Virus record (IMG/VR): IMGVR_UViG_3300021378_000004
Length of the DNA: 64,000 bases
Reading direction: 5' to 3' (one strand)
DNA from: a virus
The notes under the pieces were generated by a model that was given only the letters and a program-made list of their open reading frames with translations, ran no database searches and had not been told where the DNA came from. This document shows, piece after piece, positions 56,717-64,000 of the stretch (positions are counted from its first letter, which is position 1; the number at the start of each line of letters is the position of its first letter). The position numbers and the translations under genes were made by a program.

Positions 56717-57673
56717 ATGGCACACAACGTTGAAACTATGGCATACGCAGGTGAAGTACCGTGGCACGGTCTTGGAGTTCCTGTATCGAACGATTTAACT
56801 CCAGTTCAAATGATGGAAAAGGCTGGTCTTAATTGGACAGTCGAACAAATCGATTCATACGTTAATGTAGGTGATAAGCGAATTCCTACTGGTATGAAAT
56901 CTCTTGTAAGAAGTTCTGATAATAAAGTTCTTACAAATATTGGTCAAGTCTGGAATCCAGTACAAAACGAAGATGCATTTAACTTCTTCAGTGAGTACGT
57001 GATGAAGGGTGATATGGAAATGCATACAGCTGGTTCACTTAAAGGTGGTCAACTTGTATGGGCATTAGCTAAAGTCAAAGAGTCATTTGATCTCTTTGGT
57101 GGCGATACTGTCGAATCTTACTTATTGTTTTCTAACCCTCATAAGTATGGGTTTTCAATTGATGTAAGATTTACACCAATCAGAGTTGTATGTAACAATA
57201 CACTTTCTTTATCTCTCGAAGGTAAAACTGATAGGTCAGTTAAAGTTGGTCATAGAACAGAGTTCAATGCTAACGAAGTCAAAAAAGCTTTAGGTATTGC
57301 ATCTGCAAAACTTCATGAGTATAAAGATATGGCTGAATTTCTTGGTTCAAAGAGATACAATATCGACAATCTTGTTGAATACTATAATACAGTATTTCCA
57401 AGAACTGCTGATAAGAGAGTTCAAAATCAAGAACTATCTGTTGAAACTTTATCTAAGAATGCAAAGGCTGCATTCGATGCTATCGAGCAACAACCTGGTG
57501 CAAAGTTTGCTGAAGGTTCTTGGTGGCAGGCATTTAATTCAGTGACTTATGTTACTGATCACCTTCAAGGCAGAAACGCTGATAACAGATTATACTCTTC
57601 ATGGTTTGGTGGTAACCAAGTCAGAAAAAGAGATGCTCTTAAAACTGCATTAGCATTCGCGGAGAAAGTGTAA
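56717..57673 (+). CDS. DUF932/TIGR03299-like phage-plasmid protein
   Basis: MAHNVETMAYAGEVPWHGLG, VQN.DAF, TAGSLKGG, TPIRVVCNNTL, WQAFNSVT. Confidence 0.85.
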   Translation: MAHNVETMAYAGEVPWHGLGVPVSNDLTPVQMMEKAGLNWTVEQIDSYVNVGDKRIPTGMKSLVRSSDNKVLTNIGQVWNPVQNEDAFNFFSEYVMKGDMEMHTAGSLKGGQLVWALAKVKESFDLFGGDTVESYLLFSNPHKYGFSIDVRFTPIRVVCNNTLSLSLEGKTDRSVKVGHRTEFNANEVKKALGIASAKLHEYKDMAEFLGSKRYNIDNLVEYYNTVFPRTADKRVQNQELSVETLSKNAKAAFDAIEQQPGAKFAEGSWWQAFNSVTYVTDHLQGRNADNRLYSSWFGGNQVRKRDALKTALAFAEKV

Positions 57674-57858
57674 TGACTGATGGTCCTTTAAAAAGAGCAT
57701 TTGATCTCCTAGATACAGACGGTGTCGTATCTAGAGAGCTCATCACTTATAGAATACGAGACGGAATGGTCCTTAAAGAAACTGCAGCTCGCAGATATCT
57801 CGATGGAGACTATACAGACTCTACAAAAACTGAACCACTAACTAAATTAGGAGAATAA
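57673..57858 (+). CDS. Hypothetical protein
   Basis: Translationally coupled ORF. Confidence 0.55.
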   Translation: MTDGPLKRAFDLLDTDGVVSRELITYRIRDGMVLKETAARRYLDGDYTDSTKTEPLTKLGE

Positions 57859-57859
57859 A

Positions 57860-58045
57860 ATGTTAGCATTAATTTTAGCAACTGCCATCTTTGGTATCGA
57901 TAATAAAGAGTTTATAGATACTTCTAGTAAGCAACTTAAAGAAGGCTATAGCTGGACTTATGTTGGAAAACAAAAACCAGAAGGTGTTCCTGCTCTTACT
58001 ATGAAATCAAATGGTGAAGAATTTATTTTATGGAAACTAAAATAA
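57860..58045 (+). CDS. Small exported protein
   Basis: AGGAG SD; hydrophobic N-terminus. Confidence 0.55.
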   Translation: MLALILATAIFGIDNKEFIDTSSKQLKEGYSWTYVGKQKPEGVPALTMKSNGEEFILWKLK

Positions 58046-58263
58046 TGAATGTAAATAGAAGCGTAGTACGCGACACATTAGCAATGTCTAAAGGTATTGC
58101 TAATGTCGAAAAAGAAATTTCTTTTTGGGAAGCACGATCGAACAAAAATAAATCTATAAAGAAAAGACTTGAAAGATTATATGCAGTTCGAACTCATCTT
58201 GTAGAAAACCCAAAAGAAGCTCTAGATTTAGTCACTCAACTTAAGGAAATAAATAATGGATGA
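58045..58263 (+). CDS. Hypothetical protein
   Basis: Translationally coupled ORF. Confidence 0.5.
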   Translation: MNVNRSVVRDTLAMSKGIANVEKEISFWEARSNKNKSIKKRLERLYAVRTHLVENPKEALDLVTQLKEINNG

Positions 58264-58711
58264 AAAAACTAAAAGCTTTATACTTTATGGTATGTCAATA
58301 ACAGCGTTTGTTCTTGCTGCTATGTTTGCAGTTAAACAAGTACAAGCAGCGCCATCATACGATGCAGATGTACAAAATCATTTTAAAACTGTAATTAAAA
58401 GAACACCGTACACTGTGGAAGTTTGTTCTGAAAGAAAAGTTTCAGGTGATAAAACTGGTGATACACTTTTAGGTGCCATCATAGGCGGTGCGATTGGGCA
58501 AAACATTACAAAAGATTTACCAGACGGAGCAACTGCTGGCGCCATCATTGGTGGTATTTTAGGTAATCAGAATAGTACAGCGTCCGATGGAACAAAATTA
58601 GTTTGTAATACTACGACTCGATATAAAGAGACAATGGATACGATCTACTCGCATTCAACAATTACATTTAATTATAATGGAAAAACTTATACTGTGAGGT
58701 TTAGAAAATGA
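58256..58711 (+). CDS. Glycine-zipper membrane protein
   Basis: LLGAIIGGAIG...AGAIIGGILG flanked by Cys. Confidence 0.75.
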   Translation: MDEKTKSFILYGMSITAFVLAAMFAVKQVQAAPSYDADVQNHFKTVIKRTPYTVEVCSERKVSGDKTGDTLLGAIIGGAIGQNITKDLPDGATAGAIIGGILGNQNSTASDGTKLVCNTTTRYKETMDTIYSHSTITFNYNGKTYTVRFRK

Positions 58712-58886
58712 GTGGAAATAAACATAAGCCTGAAATGATTGCAGCATGGGCAAGAGAAAATGGCATACGCGGATTTGAACATTACGATCCTAATTATCGT
58801 GAAGAAGATAGAAGAAAGAACTCTCAGAAGAAAAGGTTTAACAAAACTGTAACATCTAAGCCACGCCGAAAATAATATATAATAGT

Positions 58887-59354
58887 ATGAATGAATTAAT
58901 TAAAAAGGTGTGTAAGATGGACTTAGGTAATCCTATAATGACTACTCTTGTTGGACTCGTTGTTTTTTATTTAGGTCTTAAAATGTTTTCAGGTGGAATG
59001 AAATCCATGGGAAACTTAGAACATCTTAACTTCTTTATTCATAATCCTTATTGGATGTTTGTTGGAGGAATTGTGATGACGCTGTTATGGCAATCGTCAA
59101 GTCTTTCAACCACCGCAATAATTGCCCTTGTGGCATCAGGCGCTGTCCCCCTTCCTGCAGCAATTGCCGCTGTTCTTGGCGCCAATATTGGAACGACTGG
59201 TACAATTTGGTTGGCGGGACTTCTAGTTTCTGATGGTATGCCTAAAGGTGATACCCTCAGAATAGCTATGGCTCATACTGGAGTCAATCTCTTAATGGCT
59301 GTAGCGTTACTTCCATTTGTTGGACACATAGCAAGATTTCTTCTTAGATTCTAA
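58887..59354 (+). CDS. Na+/Pi cotransporter family protein (single repeat)
   Basis: QSSSLST and LGANIGTT motifs; multiple TM segments. Confidence 0.85.
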   Translation: MNELIKKVCKMDLGNPIMTTLVGLVVFYLGLKMFSGGMKSMGNLEHLNFFIHNPYWMFVGGIVMTLLWQSSSLSTTAIIALVASGAVPLPAAIAAVLGANIGTTGTIWLAGLLVSDGMPKGDTLRIAMAHTGVNLLMAVALLPFVGHIARFLLRF

Positions 59355-59376
59355 ATAAATCTTTATCCTAATTAAT

Positions 59377-59396
59377 GCGCCTTCGGGCGCTTTTTT
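59377..59396 (+). terminator. Rho-independent terminator
   Basis: GCGCC-TTCG-GGCGC plus T6. Confidence 0.9.
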
Positions 59397-59398
59397 AG

Positions 59399-59427
59399 TG
59401 TACAAATTTGTATAAATAGTGTATAAT
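59399..59427 (+). promoter_or_regulatory. Overlapping early (TGTACA-N17-TATAAT) and late (TATAAATA 59411-59418) promoters
   Basis: Both motifs are visible. Confidence 0.7.
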
Positions 59428-59446
59428 AGTACTATAGGAGATTATT

Positions 59447-60253
59447 ATGCAAAGATTCCGAAGTTTTATTAAGGAGATGGCTATGATTAACGCTGCCGAA
59501 CTAGATAGAGAATTTATAAAGCGAGCTCAAAAAGTTACATCATTCAATATATCATCAGGTGACTTTACCACTTTAAAATATAAATCAGAAATTCAATACT
59601 TATTTGGAACTCATTTCTTTCCAAATTTTGATTTAAGTAAAACAATAAAAGGTAAACCAACTAAAGAAAATTTAAATAAAATAATAAAGCAACTTAAGTC
59701 AGAAAACGCTGGTAAATTTAGAGCTTTGCATAGTTACAATCTTAAAGGTGTTGGCCCGGGCGAAGCCACTTTATTTTTCTTACTAGATGACGCTCATTTA
59801 GGTGGCGGCTCTTCTGCTGCAGCAGATATTAAAATTGGTGGCCAAAACTACGAAGTTAAGGCGGGAAATTTCAATGCTAAACAAAATGCCTATAAAGATT
59901 TTAAATTAGGTGGGACAGTTCCTATGGACAAAATGGTAAAGGCTGCGTTTGAATTAAGAAATATTATCGATCCTGATCTAAAAATAGGTACAGAAAAAAA
60001 TGGAGTATCTGGTAGTCAAATTGAAGCTATAATGAAAGATAGAAGCCTAGCTGCAAAATGGAATGCTAGTGTAGAAAAACCATATCGCAAAGCTGCATCT
60101 AAATATTTAAATAAGAACCCATTGATATTAATTATTAATACTACGCCAAAAGCTCAACTAGGAGAAATATATCACATTGGTGACGTAAAAGAAAATCAAA
60201 TTTTTGTTGACGTAGTAACTCAAGGAACAATTAAACCGAAGATTAAAGCATAA
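59447..60253 (+). CDS. Putative head-packaged protein with a PD-(D/E)xK-like core
   Basis: N-terminus MQRFRSFIKE; GPGE...AADIKIGGQNYEVK. Confidence 0.55.
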   Translation: MQRFRSFIKEMAMINAAELDREFIKRAQKVTSFNISSGDFTTLKYKSEIQYLFGTHFFPNFDLSKTIKGKPTKENLNKIIKQLKSENAGKFRALHSYNLKGVGPGEATLFFLLDDAHLGGGSSAAADIKIGGQNYEVKAGNFNAKQNAYKDFKLGGTVPMDKMVKAAFELRNIIDPDLKIGTEKNGVSGSQIEAIMKDRSLAAKWNASVEKPYRKAASKYLNKNPLILIINTTPKAQLGEIYHIGDVKENQIFVDVVTQGTIKPKIKA

Positions 60254-61482
60254 TGATAAACTTTAGAGAATTCATATCAGAACAAAAAAATACTCATATG
60301 ACTCATATAGAAGACAAAGTTCTCTATGGTGGAGTTAATGGAACTCGACAAGCCATATTGGCTTTAAGATCTTTACGCGATATGGTAGCAGGTGTTAAAG
60401 ATGGTAATGTAAGTGTTAAATGGGATGGAGCTCCTGCAGTTTTTTGTGGAACAGATCCTAATGACGGTAAGTTCTTTGTAGCTAAAAAAGGAATATTTAA
60501 TACAAATCCTAAAGTTTACAAAACAAATGCAGACATTGATGATGACACAAGTGGTGAACTTAACAAGAAATTAAAAGCAGCATTATTATATTTACCTGAA
60601 CTTGGTATTAAGGGCGTAATACAAGGCGACTTTTTATTTAATTCTGGTGAAGTTAAAACAAAAAAATTAAAAGGTAAACCTTACCTCACTTTCCACCCTA
60701 ATACAATTGTATATGCTATTCCTTCCGGAACTGAAGCTGCAAAGAAAGTTAAAGCTGCAAAGATTGGCGTCGTATGGCATACAACTTATACAGGCTCTAC
60801 TTTTGAAACAATGAAAGCATCTTATGGCGTAGACATAAGTAAATTTAAACCTAGTAAAAATGTTTGGTCTCAAGATGCAATGCTTAGAGATATGACTCAG
60901 TTTACAATGACTAAAAAAGATACAGAAGAAGTCAATGCGCATTTAAGTAATTGCGGCAGAATATTTAATAAAATATCTAGCACAACATTAAAAACACTTG
61001 AGAATGATCAAACGCTCGCCGGTTATATAGAAACATTTAATAATACATATGTTCGAAAAGGTGAAGTAGTTGGTAATACTAAAACGCATGTTGATAAGCT
61101 TATAACGTACATAAAACAAAAGTTTCAAAAAGAGATAAATAAAAGAAAAAGCGAAAAAGGAAAAACTGCTCAACAAAAAAAATTAGATGATGTATTGCAA
61201 TTCTTTTCACCACAAAATAAAGTTAGTTTACAAATGATGTTTGATTTACAAAAATCTATAGTTCTAGCGAAATTAAAAATTATAAATATACTAAATAGGT
61301 TAAATGGCGCACAAACTTTTCTTAAGACTCGCGATGGGTATAAGGTAACGGGTCAAGAAGGGTATGTCGCTATTGACAAACTTGGTGGTGATGCTGTGAA
61401 AATTGTTGATCGTATGGAATTCTCATACGCCAACTTTTCACCAGAAATTATAAAAGGATGGGATAAGCCGGGGAGGAATTAA
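60253..61482 (+). CDS. Conserved T4-like protein with a ligase-type KxDG motif
   Basis: KNTHMTHIED, VSVKWDGAPA, QGDFLF, EGYVA, VKIVDRMEFS; N-terminus MINFREFISE. Confidence 0.7.
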   Translation: MINFREFISEQKNTHMTHIEDKVLYGGVNGTRQAILALRSLRDMVAGVKDGNVSVKWDGAPAVFCGTDPNDGKFFVAKKGIFNTNPKVYKTNADIDDDTSGELNKKLKAALLYLPELGIKGVIQGDFLFNSGEVKTKKLKGKPYLTFHPNTIVYAIPSGTEAAKKVKAAKIGVVWHTTYTGSTFETMKASYGVDISKFKPSKNVWSQDAMLRDMTQFTMTKKDTEEVNAHLSNCGRIFNKISSTTLKTLENDQTLAGYIETFNNTYVRKGEVVGNTKTHVDKLITYIKQKFQKEINKRKSEKGKTAQQKKLDDVLQFFSPQNKVSLQMMFDLQKSIVLAKLKIINILNRLNGAQTFLKTRDGYKVTGQEGYVAIDKLGGDAVKIVDRMEFSYANFSPEIIKGWDKPGRN

Positions 61483-62448
61483 ATGGCTCGACTAAAAAAC
61501 TTTTCAGAACTTTCTAGAATGAAAATTGCGTATACAGATGCGCCAGGAACTTCTGATATCAAAAAAGCAATAAAAGCAGAAGCAATAGTAGATCCTAATG
61601 ATTTAAAAGGTAGACCAAAAAAGGCAGATCCTAATCCAGAATCTCCTTATGGTATTAAACACCCAATGCATCCAGCTAATTTGAAAAAGAAAAAAGTCAA
61701 AAGCGAAGCTTCTTCTCCTTCAGTTCTTAAACCTACTAAACCATCTGACATAACTAAACACGCTAGAACACTAGCAAAAAATTCTGATGATTACGAACGT
61801 AATAAGAAAAAGTATATTGATAAAGCGCGTTCTAAAGTATTTAAAATGTATCCTAGAGAAAGCTTAAACGGTTTAATGAAAGAAGAATCAGTTGAAGAAG
61901 CAAAAGCTGGAGCAAACTATGCTGATATGAAATATCATTATATGTATCATGACGACGCAAAAGCAGCTCAAGCACACGCAACAAAGGTTGGTGGTAAAGT
62001 TCTAAAAGGTTCAGGGAAACGTGGACCAGAATATTCAGTAAAATATAAAAATAAAAATTACAAAGAATCATTTGACGAAGCCAGATGGCCAGATGAAATG
62101 CCACCTGAAACCGATAAAGATGTAGATGAAGCTTTAAGCATGTCTCAACGTATAAAAAAATCTAGAATAATGAAAAGAATGAAAGCAAGAATTAAAATCG
62201 GTAGAGAAAGAGCCAAGAGAAAAATGGCTCCTAAAGACAAACTTGAAAAAAGAGCAAATAGGCAAGCTAGAAATCAAATTGCTAGTAAGCTAACAAGAGG
62301 AATACCGAAAAGAGAATTATCATTTGCACGAAAGCAGGAAATTGAAAAGAGATTAGATAAACCTGCGTTAAAGCAAAGAATTAAAAGATTAGCTAGAAGA
62401 TTATTTAAAGACGTGCGTAAAAAAGAAGTACAAAGAAAGAAGGGTTAA
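61483..62448 (+). CDS. Basic, probably head-internal protein
   Basis: Repeated ES.(D/E)EA segments; very basic C-terminal half. Confidence 0.6.
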   Translation: MARLKNFSELSRMKIAYTDAPGTSDIKKAIKAEAIVDPNDLKGRPKKADPNPESPYGIKHPMHPANLKKKKVKSEASSPSVLKPTKPSDITKHARTLAKNSDDYERNKKKYIDKARSKVFKMYPRESLNGLMKEESVEEAKAGANYADMKYHYMYHDDAKAAQAHATKVGGKVLKGSGKRGPEYSVKYKNKNYKESFDEARWPDEMPPETDKDVDEALSMSQRIKKSRIMKRMKARIKIGRERAKRKMAPKDKLEKRANRQARNQIASKLTRGIPKRELSFARKQEIEKRLDKPALKQRIKRLARRLFKDVRKKEVQRKKG

Positions 62449-63632
62449 TGGTTAACTCATTTAAACATTATTTGATAGAGGAAGAAAAGACTGTATATTT
62501 TACATTCGGTCGTATGAATCCTCCTACAACTGGTCATGAAAAATTAATGAATGAGTTGTCAAAAAAATCTGGAAATAACTCTTATAGAGTTTACTTATCG
62601 CAATCAACAGATAAGAAAAAGAATCCATTGGATTTTAAATATAAAGTCAAAACTGTTCGTAAGTTTTTTCCAAAGCATGCAAGAAGTGTAATGCTTAATA
62701 AAAAAGTAAAAACAGTTTTTGATGCAGTTACTGAAATGTATAATGACGGATTTAAGAATATAACAATGGTAGTTGGATCAGATAGGATAAACGAATTCAG
62801 CACATTGTTAAAAAAATATAATGGAGTTAAGGGTAGACACGGTCTATATAACTTCAATAAAATCAACGTAATTTCAGCCGGAGACAGAGACCCCGATGCA
62901 GACGATATTAGTGGAATGTCCGCATCTAAGATGAGATCATTAGCAAATGAAGGAGACTTCACGCAATTCTCACAGGGGCTGCCACGGAATGTATCGAATA
63001 CAGACGCAAAAAAAGTATATAATGAAGTGAGAAAAGGTATGGGACTAAAAGAACAATTAGATTATTTTAATAAGTTACATTTCGAGCCTGTCTCTGAGAA
63101 AAGAGAGGCATATGTTAAAGGAAACCTGTTCAATATTGGTGATAATGTTGTGGTCATGGCTACTGACGAAGTTGGTCGTGTTACCAGCCTTGGAAGCAAC
63201 TATGTTATTATTGAATCAAATAATAAACTTCTTCGTAAGTGGATAGATGATGTAGAACTATTAGAAAAAGATTTTAAAGATAAAGTAAAACAAGACAAAG
63301 ATATTAAAGATAAAAAAGGAACTCAGCCTGCGCCGTACTATAAAGGATTAACAAAATCTACAAAAGATAAAAGACTTTCTCATTTTAAAAAACATGCAAA
63401 AATGTCTGATGATAATCCAGCTGCTTACAAAAAAGCGCCAGGCGATGCAACAGCAAAAACAAAATTAAGTAAACACACTATTAAGTACAGAAAAATGTAT
63501 GGTGAAGACGCAGTAGAATTAACAAAGAAAAAAATAGAACGTGAAAAAACAGTCGATAAAATGAAACATGCTCGAATGTTAGACCGTGCTAAAGTAAGAA
63601 AACTTAAAAATAGGAGTAAAGCATATGCTTAA
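62448..63632 (+). CDS. Cytidylyltransferase-like (HIGH) nucleotidyltransferase of T4-like phages
   Basis: FGRMNPPTTGHEKL, KNPL, VVGSDR, SAGDRDPD, MSASKMR. Confidence 0.85.
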   Translation: MVNSFKHYLIEEEKTVYFTFGRMNPPTTGHEKLMNELSKKSGNNSYRVYLSQSTDKKKNPLDFKYKVKTVRKFFPKHARSVMLNKKVKTVFDAVTEMYNDGFKNITMVVGSDRINEFSTLLKKYNGVKGRHGLYNFNKINVISAGDRDPDADDISGMSASKMRSLANEGDFTQFSQGLPRNVSNTDAKKVYNEVRKGMGLKEQLDYFNKLHFEPVSEKREAYVKGNLFNIGDNVVVMATDEVGRVTSLGSNYVIIESNNKLLRKWIDDVELLEKDFKDKVKQDKDIKDKKGTQPAPYYKGLTKSTKDKRLSHFKKHAKMSDDNPAAYKKAPGDATAKTKLSKHTIKYRKMYGEDAVELTKKKIEREKTVDKMKHARMLDRAKVRKLKNRSKAYA

Positions 63633-64000
63633 ATTTTCAACTTATAACGATCTTTTAGAAAATGAAGGTCTTAAAAAGAAAGCAGAAAAGTCTGGCATAT
63701 CGCTTGGCACTTTGAAAAAAGTATATAATAGAGGTATGGCTGCATGGAAGACTGGACATAGACCAGGAACAACACCACAGCAATGGGCCCATGCTAGAGT
63801 CAATTCATATATCACAAAAGGTAAAGGAACCTATTACGGTGCTGATTCAGATCTCAGTGGTAAAGGTAAAAAGGAATCTGTAGATGAAGCGCACGACGCT
63901 AAACATGTTAAACAAGCAATTGGTATAGCATCTGATCCTCGATATAAAAAAGGAAATATGACTGGTGCTGTAAAAGCTATGAATAAAATCTCCAAAGATA
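63625..64000 (+). CDS. Hypothetical head-internal-like protein (partial at window edge)
   Basis: MLKFSTY...KSGISLGTLKKVYNRGMAAWKTGHRPGTTPQQWAHARVNS; open to the end of the window. Confidence 0.7.
   Translation, partial: MLKFSTYNDLLENEGLKKKAEKSGISLGTLKKVYNRGMAAWKTGHRPGTTPQQWAHARVNSYITKGKGTYYGADSDLSGKGKKESVDEAHDAKHVKQAIGIASDPRYKKGNMTGAVKAMNKISKD

Noticed and set aside
1-64000. Alternative genetic code or stop-codon reassignment
   Set aside because: Core genes are full length under the standard code, with no systematic internal stops

Overview
A 64 kb, AT-rich segment of a T4-like myovirus genome. It runs from the end of the prohead core gene and the major capsid gene (gp23) through the T4 core replication, recombination and late-transcription module: gp3, uvsY, uvsW, gp55, gp47/46, gp45/44/62, regA, gp43, uvsX, gp41, rnh and thyX. 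The host is probably a marine alphaproteobacterium, inferred from a permuted two-piece tmRNA with an ANDNF...AA tag, a ROSE-like thermometer on hsp20, and BMP, IscA and Na/Pi host-type genes. Accessory highlights are: (1) a cytosine hypermodification locus (dCMP hydroxymethylase, T4 BGT-like glycosyltransferase, UDP-galactopyranose mutase, epimerase, and a C5-methyltransferase-like protein with a degenerate SAM motif) that suggests furanosylated 5hmC DNA; (2) a glycosylation island containing a RuBisCO-like protein; (3) a late-promoter tmRNA with a mini-ORF in its intervening segment, followed by an unexplained structured GC-rich RNA; (4) a glutamine (glnA-class) riboswitch over an unannotated 31-aa basic peptide; (5) a perfect 41-bp inverted repeat 49 kb apart, made of a promoter -10 plus a G-tract, as candidate R-loop origins; (6) an AACATGTT palindrome upstream of 8 early promoters; (7) an array of Fe/2OG oxygenase-like genes with a desaturase; and (8) proteins with T4 capsid-targeting-like N-termini. 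All calls come from motif recognition by eye; no searches were run.
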